This document shows, piece after piece, positions 49,706 through 63,392 of a DNA stretch of 64,000 nt; the first letter of the stretch is position 1; each line of letters opens with the position of its first letter. Below the pieces are notes generated by a model that had not been told where the DNA came from, did no database searches, and saw nothing but the letters and a program-made list of their open reading frames with translations. Made by a program: the position numbers and the translations under genes. The stretch is from Tubulanus polymorphus (taxonomy: Eukaryota > Animalia > Nemertea): assembly GCF_964204645.1 (NCBI RefSeq), contig NC_134034.1, positions 2,931,814 through 2,995,813 on the forward strand. Reading direction: 5' to 3'.

Positions 49706-50277
49706 ATTCTAAACTATAATACACTCTGAAACCGGCGAATATGTGGAGAGAATATTTATCTAATTAGCATTTTTAATCGAACACTCGAGTTTTTTACTAT
49801 TTTACTGATTCGCTGCATTTTTCCACTTCATCAACTCACTTTTAATTCTAGTGGTAGCCTCTAAAATCCTAGGTGTGACGATCATATTACGATATATCCG
49901 TCGTTGGTCGATACTCTTCCAACCCCTCGTTTGTTAGAAGTTACCGTTTGAAAATCGATATATTTGAATATTTGAATATTCTCATGATATTTGTTTTGGC
50001 TGTTCATTATAAAGTATAATATTGACTGTAACACATTTAGAACAATCTGTTTTTTTGTGAATCTCGATGTTTGCTAGAAAAAGCTGATGAGTGGGCCCAT
50101 CTTGTACTCTCCCTCTCTAATACTTTGAGGACAAAAGTATAACTAGTTTTATTTCAGGATGGAGAGCTGGCAAAGATAGCGAAATATTTCGAATAGCCGC
50201 CAAATTTGATGATTTATGGTACTGCATTTACGTGCATTGCGTGCGAAGTCAATCCAGATTACCGCAGCAAGAAATTC

Positions 50278-50710
50278 AGTCAGTTAGTCAGTCAGTCAGT
50301 CCAGTCAGTCAGTCAGTCAGTCAGTCAGTCAGTCAGTCAGTCAGTCAGTCAGTCAGTCAGTCAGTCAGTCAGTCAGTCAGTCAGTCAGTCAGTCAGTCAG
50401 TCAGTCAGTCAGTCAGTCAGTCAGTCAGTCAGTCAGTCAGTCAGTCAGTCAGTCAGTCAGTCAGTCAGTCAGTCAGTCAGTCAGTCAGTCAGTCAGTCAG
50501 TCAGTCAGTCAGTCAGTCAGTCAGTCAGTCAGTCAGTCAGTCAGTCAGTCAGTCAGTCAGTCAGTCAGTCAGTCAGTCAGTCAGTCAGTCAGTCAGTCAG
50601 TCAGTCAGTCAGTCAGTCAGTCAGTCAGTCAGTCAGTCAGTCAGTCAGTCAGTCAGTCAGTCAGTCAGTCAGTCAGTCAGTCAGTCCAGTCAGTCAGTCA
50701 GTCAGTCAGA
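50278..50710. repeat. (GTCA)n microsatellite, over 100 units
   Basis: Nearly pure CAGT tetramer run. Confidence 0.98.
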
Positions 50711-52049
50711 CAGCCAGCCAGCCAGCTAGCCCAGCCAGCTTGATCAACTGGGCCCAGGTCTTTAAAGTCAATCCTTAGCCGTTTATCCGCGCAACACTTC
50801 GAATTCGAAATCTAGTGAACAGATTCACAACAACACGACGAAGAATAAATTACAAAACGTACCGTACGCATTACTTTTTATACAATTTATACAGATGCAT
50901 TTATTTTACAGGCAAAATTATATTCAATAAATAACTTATATTTACAAACATACATAAAATATAAAAGAACAGATTGTAGAAATCGTAGAAGAACAGAACT
51001 ACCCAGCACTACATTAAGCTTGTTAGTAGTTAAGCTTGTTAGTAGTGCGTAGTTCTGCGTAGTTGTACGTAGTACCGCAGAGAATTTATATTTATGTTTC
51101 ACTTTTTACAACATTGTCGAGCAAAACAGAAATCATTACACGTCACACACATTGTGAAATACGCCCTCTAGCGGCGGAATTGTAAGTCAGTTTATTAGAA
51201 AATTTAGAAATTTTACCACGTTTAGATACGTAATTATAGCTTTAATTGTGCGTTATATGGGATGCAACGCCCCGGGTCAACACCTCCCCCCAAGCACACC
51301 TATTCGTGACGATGCAATCATCGGAGTGAATTCCAATTCACGACGTTTTGATTTAGGGCTATCTATACACATATAGATTTGCATAAATGCGCGTCTTAAC
51401 CAAATCAATGTCAAACTGTATATACGCACACCACACATATGCATTGATGTAACATAACTTTGTCCTATAGTCGGCTAGAGAGATGACACTTCGAACACTG
51501 CGCACCTCACCTCCTCTTGTGGCCCGCGACTTGGGATATAAACCCCGCTATCTCCTGCCGCCGGGTAAATCGGCGCCAGAATTACTCGCGAACTTATAAA
51601 TCGATCTATTTACAACGTCGATATTCTTGGCAACCATATACACACGTGACTGTCTCCGTTATCAACGAAGTTGAAGGCAAAAGTATAACGAAACGAACTG
51701 GCCGAGAATTTCGCGTTTCGACCCAACCGTGCGGGCCATCTTTAAACATTTAATTTCAAAAATGAAATAGAATTGGGCCGAAATGTCGAATTCTCATCAA
51801 GTTATTTCATTAATACGGGTTTTTACTTGACATAGTTATTCTTCCCTCAGATCCCATCGCAATCGTTATTCTGATATGTACCGGGTATACGTTGTTTCGC
51901 AATATTTCCCTTATATTCGAAGTTTGATGCTGTTTTGATGAGTTTTTAAATTACACATTACAAATTCCGCATTATTTGTCCTCCTCGCTTAATAACGAAT
52001 CTTTCTTCTCGGATTCGAGTTGTATTTTCTCGCGGAGTCGTCGCTCGAA

Positions 52050-55000
52050 TTAGCTGTCGATGTTCGACAGCTGCGACGACGGGTCGGTTTTCTTTGCGTT
52101 GACGACCTTCTCGAACCACAGCGCCGTCGGCAGATTCTGACAGCCCAGATACTGCTGTCGGAGTTCTTTGTCGGAGAAGCGCGGCGTGACGTCACAGGGC
52201 GCTCCGAATATGGTCGCGTTCACGTGATTCAGCAAACTCTCGCCGACTTCCGGTCGCGAAAATCGCACTTTATCGGCGCTAGCCTGGAAATAGAAACAAA
52301 ACATAAATGATGATTACATGGGATTGAGGCGGCCATCTTTTTGTGTAAGTGTCGTCAATAGATCACAGATAACTAGTATAAAGGCAATTTGGTGACGTCG
52401 TTAGGGATGATTATAGAGGAAACCATCTTTTATGGATCAAATCACCCGGCGGAATTTGACTATTTTGGGAGGGAGGGAGATCTATGGGGGTGACTATCTA
52501 GGAGGGTCAACCAATCTAATGAATAGCCGGTAATTTGATGATGTCATATGGGGATCTATGCGGGCAGACATCTTTTGTTAATCATTCACAATTGGGGCAT
52601 TTTTGGGGGATATATGAGTGCATGGAAGCGTCATTGTCGAATTACTTGTAGATGTACTTGTAGATTACTTGTACTTGTAGGCTATTATTTAGTGATGTCA
52701 TAAGGGGATTCGTAGAGGTAGCCATCTTTTCTGGACGGGTATATCGATTGTGAATCGCTGTGAGAAGGCAATGGTATCGTAGAGGATTTACATAGAGGCC
52801 CATCTTTTGTGAAAGGGTTGGAAAATCCGTAGGGCAACGGAATGACGTCATAAGGGGAATTCCATTCTGGGAGCGTCGTTAGATCACTAGTAAGGTAATT
52901 GATGATGTCATTGGAGATTTGTAAAAAGTAAGATTACTTTATATCGATGTATTAGTTAGCTTACCAAATGGGCGTTACGCGTACACGAATGCGTGTGGTC
53001 GTAGCTCGCCCAGTGTTCGGTGAAGTCGGAGGCCCACGAATATTCGTTATCGCTCCCGCTAGCGAATACTATCACGTTGGCGTGGCTCGCCGTCGATTTC
53101 TGGAAGGCCCGGGCAATTTCTCCGGAGTAACTCTGATCGGCGATTAGGTGCACCTGGCGAGCCGTGCACCCGTCCAAATCGGAGAGTAACTCCTCTACCG
53201 AATAGCGTTCGTGTTCTTCCATCTGCGAAGAAAATTGAAATGATTTTAGTTGAAGTTTTTTTTCTTGCTGTAAAACCACTAGGTAAAATTCACGTTTTCT
53301 CAAACGTTACACCTAAATTGGGTCAAGTCGACGCGACCAAAATGAATACGAATGGTCGATCGAGTGCTGATCCGGGAGCCTAAAAATTCAGCTCAAAGTT
53401 GACCGGCTTTTGACAACGAAACGATAAGGATTTATTTACACTCAGATACATGGAGGGAGACTATTGTGTATACAATATTTACAATCAACAGAAAATATAA
53501 CCTTGTCTTTGAGTGAAGACCGAGTGCTCGTCACGCCATCTGGCGGTATAGCTGGTGTTATATTTCGTCGCTAGCTCATCGAATAAATTTGATATTTTGA
53601 TGGTGTCTATATTGTTAATGTAATGTGTACTTACTATTCCGTCTGAATTAGCGTCCCACAGTAAACTGGTGCCGTCGCTGAGACCGGGGTTATTGAGATA
53701 TATCACTAGCGAGTCGACGCAGTGAGGCGTGACGCACATCTTCTTAATGTGATACCGCATCGCTAACTTCATCGCTGCCGGGTGGATTTCCAGGTTCTCG
53801 TCGCTTTCTGCTTGAAATTGAAAATTTCGGAAATCATTTCATTCGTTTATTTGTTTATGTTCTACGTCGTTTTGATCTTGGTTTCCCAAAGACTAAACCT
53901 TTTAGATTGTTCATTTAACCTCATGACGGGATCGTGGCTTTTTTGGCGTCGCCCGCACACTGCAAGCAGCCAGCAGGACTCGAACCCGCTTGACACTCGG
54001 CACTGATAGTGAACGCAACAGCATCACGTATTAGTTTTCAAATTTGGTTTTGTTTTCCAAAATATGTTGCGAATGATATCGTTGCCTTCTTGTGCGATTC
54101 CCAGTTGTACGACTCGAATCGGAATTGTACAACTGGGGCTAGATCTCGTTTAACTATCAGTTGTACAACTGGGATCCTGATGAACCTTTGCACATTAAAT
54201 GTTGGTCTATAACTTAACAGTTAGCTCAATATTTCTACTGTCATAGTCATTTCGTGCCCATAGCTGCAACGATCATATCCATTATATATCCAGTTATACC
54301 CATTTCCCCCAGGATTTGGGGCTTAAAAACCTTCCTGTTCATGTTTATCAAACATCACTGCAAAGACTCGCTGCATCAAACTCACCTGACAATTTAGTGG
54401 CACCGTTCGCGTAGAATATTTTGATATTTTTCTTCACGAAGCCGTGATTCGCCAGCATATTGAACATATTGACGAGATTACCGCGGTGTCTGGGCTGACC
54501 CGTCTGGCGGTTCCAGCCGCCCGAGATCAGCACCGCCTGGTCGCAGATTTCGAACATTCGGCAGCTGGTTTTGATCGTTTCCTGCGTCGTTTCGCAGCGT
54601 TTCGTGTTGTCCCGCAACGCGTTGCAGACGATACGCGCCGTTTCGTTTTTCGGTCTCAACTGCGGGCATCGTTTGAATCCGATGACGTCATCGCGGCAGT
54701 TCAGCCGCTGTCGTCTGCTGGCGTCGGACGACAGGTAGACGATCGGCAGGAAATTGATCTCGCATCGCCGGTGGAAATTTCGTCGTCGACGTCGCCTGGA
54801 TAACGCGTTCTTACACCGTTTCTTCAGCGCCAAGGAGAGACATTCCCCGTTTCCTGCAAAATGTATTCAACATGACGATAAAACATGTATTATTTATACA
54901 GATATCACATTCTAACTGAATGTAGGCCTATGCTCCCTTGTAAAAATCCGCTGCTAGATATCCGGCCCCTAGTGAATATCCCCACCCCGGTAAATGTCGT

Positions 55001-58000
55001 GTCAACATGAATTTTTCAACACGTTTCTATACACATTAGCAATTATTCTTAGTTGAATATAAAAAAAACGTGGATTCAATTTCTTATGAACACCATGACT
55101 TAAATTATGCGCATACGCAATTTTTAAATGATACGTATAAAATGGAGACCAGTCCTCTATGCGGGCGTAGGGAACGGTTGGTGGAAGACCAGTCCTCTAT
55201 GCGGGCGTAGGGAGCGGTTGGTGGAAGACCAGTCCTCTATGCGGGCGTAGGGAGCGGTTGGTGGAAGACCAGTCCTCTATGCGGGCGTAGGGAGCGGTTG
55301 GTGGAAGACCACACACACGGTTTTGGTGCCATTGATGGGACGGGGTTGCTTAATAACAGCTAGATGGGTCAAATAGCTGGAAAGATTCGTTAAGATGTTA
55401 ACCATGGTACAGGGGTCATCAGTTACTGAAAGATGATTTGCCCCTGTACCCTGGTTTACGCTTGACAACTATATAAGAAATCGCCCAGCAACTATTGACC
55501 CTGTACCGTGGTATTGAATGAATGAATTCATTTTGCATTTCGAAATTACATTATGAAATAGAAAAATCTACAGGGTTTCGTGTGAATGTTTTATTTTTGA
55601 CAATATGGATGGAGTAAATCATAAAATCACAGGAGACCCAGAGAAGTCATTCAAGCCTTCCGGCAACTGATCGCTCTGTACCGTGATATTTAAAAAGGAC
55701 CTTTCAGCAACTGGTGGTATTCAAAATATAGATAATAACATATTGAATAACTGATCCGAACTGTCTTGAGGTGACATATGAACATTATAACGAAAATGGA
55801 ATGTTAAAAATGTATATATTACAAACAACTAGCATTTCTAGCATTCTGGTAAAATTACCACCAAATTATTCGGCGCAATAAACTAATTGCGCTTTATCAA
55901 ATCTTTATTAACTGTACGTAGGATCTTAGATTAATCTTCAACATAACCCTTCTCATCAAAGCCTTGTTTATTACACGAAAGATCACAGGACCTCATCTGG
56001 GAAACAATTTTCATGGCATTTCGGCTCGGTGGCGATTATGCTTTGAAGTTCACTTCTGCGCATTGGATTAGTATTCGTCCTCTAATCGCGGAGCCGTTTC
56101 TGTTATAGATGTCACTAAATGTCTATAAATGTTTGAGAGGCTCGGCGCTATAGGTCCAATAAATATTTATAAGCTGCCCCTGACTCGAGGCAGCGCATTT
56201 CGTGATAATTCGACTTGAAATGATTCGAATTATTGAGGAGCGAATTTTTCTTTCTTTTTTCGCTGGGATTTCATAAACAAAAATTCCTAATTTGAGTAAC
56301 GCGGCAACTATGGGACCACAAATTTTCGCTTGTCGCCCAGTGAGCCCCGAATGTTGGGAAGATAACCCAATGACATGCCCAGGTGCCCAGTTGCACAAGT
56401 CGTAACTTAAGTCCAAAAGCGGACTTGAATCTTGAGACCGATCTTTTAAGTTGTGCATATAAAACAAAAATGGTCTTGACTGGTCTTAAGTTGTAAGATT
56501 GGCTATAGAACCAAAATTAGCTTAAACCTGGTCTCAAGATGTTATATTGGCTATAAAACCAAAATGAGCTTGGACTGGTTTAAATCTAAGCCTTGAATAG
56601 GCAACCGAATCCTAGTCCAGTCTAAGGTCCAAAAGGGCCCTTCTCTTGAAACTGAAAGTTATTGCATCGGCTGTATATTGCACAAAGTTCGTCTTAGACC
56701 GGTCTTAGGTCTAAGCCCTGACTACGTAACCGAGTAACCGAAAAAAGTATCAGCGTTAAAAAGCTTTTAGGGTGAACGACCGGATCCCCGAACAGCCACT
56801 CGCATATGCGACTGAAATGATATCTTTCATCGAAAACAATTCACTAGCCGATACTCCATCGCGCTATTCCGAGCCGGCCCGATAAACCGACTGATAGACA
56901 AATTTACCACGAACAAAACTTATGGTCCCAACGCAGGGAAACACGGAATCAGAACCGTTCAATCTCGGAAACATCGTTTCCCGAAACTATGTTTTTCGTT
57001 TCTCGCACACGACTCGGGAAACGTGTTTCCGTTATCTGTTTCAGTGTTTTTTTTTGCGTCGTGAGCGCGAGGGCCTATATAGTCGAACCCATACAGCAAG
57101 AATCGAATGTTTTTTTCACCTCTCGGCGAATGCATCGCTAGTACAATAAAATAGCGGCATCGTTTGATGTTTAACGACATCAAAGACTCGTGGAAGCTCA
57201 CGTGTTACCGCCTATACAATTACTCACTGATTAACGAATGGTCGTAATTCCGTGCGTGGACGGGGATGTTCAAGGCTAGTTGGGTTTTATTAAAAAATGC
57301 TATTGTTTCCCAGAAATCTCGGATAAGATCGCATATTTACGTCATCCAGGAATTTTCGAATTTGTCAAAAAATAGGCGTCCTTTCCACCGCGAAAAACTG
57401 CTCTTGACAAAATGCAGGAAAACCCTTATTTAGGCAGTTAATACCCAAACACCGACACACGTCCTATACATAGGCTATAACAAAAACTCTGTTAGGCGTT
57501 AGCAAAATGTTTGTCAATCTCAAAAGAAGGAATTTCGAAACTCTCGAAATTTCTTTCAAAAGATACCGAAGGGGACCTATTCCAAAAATTTATGGGGGGG
57601 GGCAACTGATTTTACCGTAATATCGTTAATAACATTTCGGGTACTTTGAAATAATCCAAAACCTCACAGGTGGGATGAGTGGTGGCATGGTGGTGCATGT
57701 GATGGAAGGTGGGATGGAAGGTGGGATGGGAGGTGGGATGGATGGTGGAATATGGATGGTGCATTTGAAATGAAAATACTCACCTAAATAAGTACCACCC
57801 TCTACCGTACAGATCGACCAAGTTGTGTCCGTATCCAGATAAAAAACGATGGTCAAGTGTCCGAAATTCGCCGCCGGGAACGGATCGATGACCACTACCG
57901 AATCGTGTTTACCGGACTTGCTCAGCCCGCCGTCCGGCAGAACGGCCGAAAACCTGCCGCGACTGCTCGGTTCGGCTATGTAAACATTCATCTCGGACTT

Positions 58001-58318
58001 ATCGCGAGATTTCACGAGTTTGCAATCTTTCACGGTCATTACGAACACCTCCTTGCAGTTTTGTTTGCCGACGAACTCGTAAGCGGCGTCGGCCCAGCGT
58101 TGGTGTCGTTTCTGGCCGAATCCTCTGCCGTTTTTATTATTGTTTTCGCTATTGCCGTCGTTGATATGGTTATTATTGTTGTTATTATTGATCGTTGTCT
58201 CCGAGTCGGCTGCTCGTCCACCGCCGCCTGGAATCACGCCGAACGCGAAAGCGAAACAAAAGAAGTAGCAGACGAACAAACCGCGAGAAATCGTTCGGTT
58301 CCGATCGCGTAACGCCAT
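52050..58318 (-). CDS. Secreted uncharacterised protein: Cys-rich N-terminal region plus legumain/peptidase C13 (clan CD)-like domain, catalytic residues absent
   Basis: Exons (minus) 58318-57784, 54853-54386, 53810-53635, 53222-52965, 52283-52050 join in frame. Signal-like hydrophobic N-terminus. The segments AVLISGGW..RH..MFNML..GFVKKNIKIFY, LVIYLNNPG, VHLIADQSYSG and VIVFASGSDNEYSW occur in C13 motif order. Confidence 0.75.
55146..55310. repeat. 40-bp minisatellite, 4 copies
   Basis: AGACCAGTCCTCTATGCGGGCGTAGGGAGCGGTTGGTGGA at 40-nt period. Confidence 0.92.
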
Positions 58319-58567
58319 AGTTAGTTTTTGAACGGGAGTTTTTTGGAGTCGTTAAACGAACGCTTAAACAGCTTACTTATTCGAGCGAAGACAAGCACGA
58401 CCAGACGCGACCGCTGTTCGTATCAAAATCGGAACCGATATTTTTCACACGATTTAGATGATCTTAAATGTTTTTTTTTTTTGTAATCCGATACGCTGAT
58501 TTCGATCGCGACGCGCACGGCAGCAGCTCCGGTAGATCGGTTAACGTCGATCGGTTGCGGTGTAGTT

Positions 58568-58775
58568 GAATGACAGGAATGCTCCGGACCGCGGCGGTTT
58601 TATAGACGAGAGCGGCCGCGCGAGTTTCGTTTTTACTTTTCGCACCTTCGCCGAATGGATGTAGATTATCGGGCTTTGTACGCGCACTTGAATCAAAGAC
58701 GCCGCCGATGACAGCCATGTCGTAAAATACCGACTAATTGACGTTACAACGGCCCAGTCGAGCGAGCTGATTGGC
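58568..58775 (-). promoter_or_regulatory. Core promoter of the C13-like gene (CCAAT, TATA, Inr)
   Basis: Minus strand: CCAAT near 58774-58770, TATAAAA at 58604-58598 and Inr TCATTC with A at 58571 (33 nt downstream of the TATA start), ~250 nt before the ATG. Confidence 0.6.
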
Positions 58776-58914
58776 CGCCCGAACCAACCAGTCAGAATCG
58801 AGATATTCGAGCCGTAGTGAATTTTGGAAGCAACAGTTTGAAAGTGACGTGGAAACCCGCATCAGATATGTATGCATCAGATCGCTTTTTGCTGATGATA
58901 TTACATCTGAAATT

Positions 58915-59340
58915 CGTAGTTAATTTTCGATTGAAAATGTCTCGGATAAAGTTTTGAACACGTGTCTATGATATAGTTCTAATATCTACTCGTTGAAGTT
59001 CATTTTTTCAATAAAATATGTCTCGGGTAAAATTTTGAACACATGCGAAGTGTTGACGGTCGGTTTTTGATGAAAGTGTGCTGATAATGTCCAGAATGTC
59101 TGATGTTTGAAGTTTATTTTCAATTAAAAATGTCTCAGGTGAAGTACTGAACACATGTGAAGTGTGAACGATCAGTATTTGAAAGTGTGCTGATACAATC
59201 TCCAGAATGTCTGATGTTTGAAGTTTATTTTCAATTTGAAATGTCTCAGGTGAAGTGCTGAACACATGTTAAGTGTGGATGATCAGTTTTTTAAATTGCG
59301 CTGATAAAATGTCTAATGTCTGATGCTTCTAGTTCATTTT
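58915..59340. repeat. 109-bp satellite family, diverged units
   Basis: About 4 units of AATGTCTCAGGTGAAGT.CTGAACACATG.GAAGTGTG..CGATCAGT.TTTGAAAGTGTGCTGATA. Confidence 0.85.
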
Positions 59341-62300
59341 ATCAAACATATTCCGAAAGAAGCCCTTGAACGCATGTTAAATGGTCGAGAAAGGCGATTA
59401 AGTTCCGAATTTCTAAATGGGTAGTTAAGTATTATGAATACGTAAGTTGTTTGTGCACGTGGTTCTTAACCGGAAGTATAGTATTCAATCGGCGCGAGTT
59501 ATTGATTTATAGCGCACGATTTATTGTGGTACTCCGGGAATATAGTCAGCAGGAATGTGATCAAACGTCAGGTTTAAAACGTACTCGCGCGTTCTCTCGT
59601 AATGTTTGCACCGAATAACCCCGACGCTCAACGCAACTCTCCGTTCGCCGTGGTGTATATATACAACACGGTGCAAGAGATCGGCGCTGTTTTTGAGCTC
59701 AGGGCTGTGGTCAGACGTGGCCGAAAAGGAAAAATTCATTTCGATATCCATAAAAAATATAAAAAAAGGAATCCTTTGATTTCGAAATGTTTTTTCCCTT
59801 TTTTCACATTTTCTACCTAATCGGGAATTCATTTCACAAATTTTCGCCTGCACCTTACGAGGTGCATCGATTTCAACGGACGTTTGTTTGTAACTTTCAG
59901 ATTTGAGATCTGGAAATTAGGTAGATTACAATTACATCCCTTTTAGGTAGATTTTCTGTCCGGGTCACGGCAAAATAGGAGAGTTTCTAATTGGAATCTG
60001 GAAATTCAAAGAATGTGGCCACTATAGACCGACAAAAATTCACAATATACGCATCATACTTATTCGTTGTGACCTTAAAATTGTTGTTGAAACAGGTTCG
60101 TTCTACGGACCAAAACGAAACCGTAAAACTGGCGAAATCTAACCCTGAATCAAGCGAGATTTCCAGGTCCGGGCCCGGGGTCTTGTGGGCCTTGAGCGAG
60201 ACCTTCAAATATTTTGAGTTGCGCTTTTAGGTTTTTAGCGCTTTATCTCGCGGAATCTTACGAACCTCCAGGATAAAAACGAGTTTTCTATACTTGGAAA
60301 TGTTGTACGATGTATAACATTGCATCAGTTCCGTATCCGCAACTTCGAATCTCCCTCATTCGCTAACGCGCCTCCAGCCTTTCGACGATCAGAAATGTAC
60401 GCTAAATGGTCACCGAACCTTCGAAAGAAGTCCTTGAATCCAACGCCGATTCGTCGTGGATTGGTTTTCGTAGACAAGCGGTCTAATTGAGTTGAAAAAT
60501 AAAAACCCACAGTTAAGGACAATTTTAAGAGGATGTTGACGTTGCAACTCAAACGTTATGAGTTATTTTGAAAAGTGTTGCTTTCTCGTGAAAATGGCTC
60601 ACCGCATTTTTTTAAAAGTTGAAACGTTAAATTCCTCCCGCAGTTTGTCTTTGATTGTGGGTTGCGTTCTTCATTGGAAAAAGGTTTTTATGAAAAATAT
60701 ACAGACGATAAACAACGCGAGATGAGGACGAATTTCTAACCGAAATTCGCAAAAAACTGTTGCCGAATTTTCCTCTCGGAAAAACCTCGAAATCGAAAAC
60801 GCATTTTTTTCCCGTAGAAAATGAATATATACTCATTTCGGTCTCTACGCCGAGGAACCCGACCGACGGAGACTGCTTTCATTTCTAAGAGAACCGCAAA
60901 CCGCTATTTTTGAGTGAGAGTCGAGTTACTGTATATCGCTATTGAATTGAAACGTGAAAGCGGGCGACGTCAAGAGCCTCACAAATTGAAACACTCGAAC
61001 CTGCATTGTTAAAAGTCAACGACGTGTTCAAATCGAACGGACACGTTTTGAAGTCACCGCCGCCGCCGCGGCCGGATACGAGCCGTTCATAAAGCAAAGC
61101 AAGAAGACCTGTCATTCATTTCTATGCATACTCTTCACAATTGTAATTCCCCAAAACGGGAAACGTATATCTGTCATTGGGGTGTGCACACCTTCCTGCG
61201 CCTATACGAGTTGCTTCCATGTCGAAACTGAGTGAAAATTGAAACTTTCCGTGTGGCATACCTTCTGTCCTAATTCCTTGATCTGTGTCATCCTGATCGT
61301 GAAATTACAAATATCAGTTCCATTTCAAATGCACCGACGTTTGATTCTCGGAGAAATCGAACCCGATACAGTGTGATTACTCCAAGGTTCCATAAGTCAG
61401 TCAATTTTTTGAGTTCATCCTGAAATTGGTGTCAAACCGATCAGAATAGATGATGAATCTGTGCAGTTGAATTAGAATAGTCTCTGGGCAAATAAGGTAA
61501 AGATTGTGCATACTTTAAAAAAGCTTCCCATAAAACCGGGTATCGTGATGTTAAGTTCCCCAGCCCACAAACCGGTCCAGTTAGATCTATGTCGTTCGCA
61601 CAATGCGTGTCAATAAATTTCCATCATACTTTTTGTATCAAAAGATTATATCATTACAAGATTTGTTTAGCAAATAGGCTGTAGTCCGACGACTCCATTA
61701 TCTCTGAATATATATATTTTTCATGCTTATACGTACTATTTCTTAAGTATCAATTTGAAATGGGTTTAGAAAATGTAGCGGGCATCTTTCTGCTAGAAAA
61801 TTCATTTTGCACCTCAAAAAATTTACGTTCGCCCTCATTTTAAAGAGGTTGATTTATCATCGCGACTCGACGAAGAAGGCAGTCCGGTCTTTTTTCGGCT
61901 GACGAGAGGCGCCTGAATCTGAACCTGTTGGATTGAGCTGGGGTGAATATAGATGCCCCTGAAACATTCACTCTCCCCACTCTCCCGCGCGCTAGTGTGG
62001 GGAACGGTTGAGAGGTCAGCGAGTGCATTTTTAAGCGAGAGTCGTTCGTTTCCTCGCGAACACGCATTCTTTAATATAGATTTCTTTGATCTATCGACGG
62101 GAATGATTTCTCCTCTGAGGCCGCATGGGGTCCGGCGCGCGCGCTCGCGCGAGTACCGTCGAACCGTCGAACAAAAACAAAAACAAACTTCTAAGCCATA
62201 TTCTCTCCTGGTTAGAGATCAATTAACCAAAATCAATCCGTTTCAGCTCTAGGGGGTATATATGACTACCCCATAAAAAGTCCAGTTCACGGAAACGACT

Positions 62301-62389
62301 GAGGATTAGAAATACTCGGTATTGTAGGTGCACGTACCCCAAACAACAGGATCAGAAATTTCCAGAATTTTGGATTCGTCAAATAGTTC

Positions 62390-63392
62390 ACTCCTAGTGA
62401 AATGGTTCAGTCGTAGTTAAATAGTTTAGTCCTAGTTAAATGGTTCAGTCCTTGTGAAATGTACCAGTCCTAGTGAAATGGTTTAGTCCTAGTGAAATGT
62501 ACCAGTCCTAGTGAAATGTACCAGTCCTAGTGAAATGGTCCAGTCCTAGTGAAATGTACCAGTCCTAGTGAAATGGTTCAGTCGTAGTTAAATAGTTTAG
62601 TCCTAGTTAAATGGTTCAGTCCTTGTGAAATGTACCAGTCCTAGTGAAATGGTTTAGTCCTAGTGAAATGTACCAGTCCTAGTGAAATGTACCAGTCCTA
62701 GTGAAATGGTCCAGTCCTAGTGAAATGTACCAGTCCTAGTGAAATGGTTCAGTCGTAGTTAAATAGTTTAGTCCTAGTTAAATGGTTCAGTCCTTGTGAA
62801 ATGTACCAGTCCTAGTGAAATGGTTTAGTCCTAGTGAAATGTACCAGTCCTAGTGAAATGTACCAGTCCTAGTGAAATGGTCCAGTCCTAGTGAAATGTA
62901 CCAGTCCTAGTGAAATGGTTCAGTCGTAGTTAAATAGTTTAGTCCTAGTTAAATGGTTCAGTCCTTGTGAAATGTACCAGTCCTAGTGAAATGGTTTAGT
63001 CCTAGTGAAATGTACCAGTCCTAGTGAAATGTACCAGTCCTAGTGAAATGGTTCAGTCCTAGTGAAATGGTTCAGTCCTAGTGAAATGTACCAGTCCTTG
63101 TGGAAATGGTCAGTCCTAGTGAAATGTCCCAGTCCTAGTGAAATGGTTCAGTCCTAGTTAAATGGTTCAGTCGTTGTGAAATGTCCCAGTCCTAGTGAAT
63201 GGTTCAGTCCTAGTGAAATGGTTCAGTCCCAGAAAAATGGTTCAGTCCTAGTAAATGTATCAGTCCTAGTAAATGTATCAGTCCTAGTGAAACGGTTCAG
63301 TCCCAGAAAAATGGACCAGTTTTAGTAAAATGATTTGGTCCTAGTGAATGGATCAACCCCAGAAAAATGATCCAGTCCTAGCGAAATGGTCC
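62390..63392. repeat. 19-bp satellite with 171-bp (9-mer) higher-order repeat
   Basis: Monomer CAGTCCTAGTGAAATG(TAC/GTT). The variant GTCGTAGTTAAATAGTTTAG recurs at 62410, 62581, 62752, 62923. Confidence 0.92.

Noticed and set aside
50083-50110. CTGATGA as another hammerhead core
   Set aside because: No stem II closed by GAAA and no cleavage triplet/stem I follow.
50206-50778. 190-aa and 165-aa SQSV-repeat ORFs
   Set aside because: Artefact of the stop-free (GTCA)n microsatellite.
59950-62250. Possible gene or transposon remnant in the distal unique region
   Set aside because: Only short ORFs with no recognisable motifs, consistent splice chain or terminal repeats could be found by eye.
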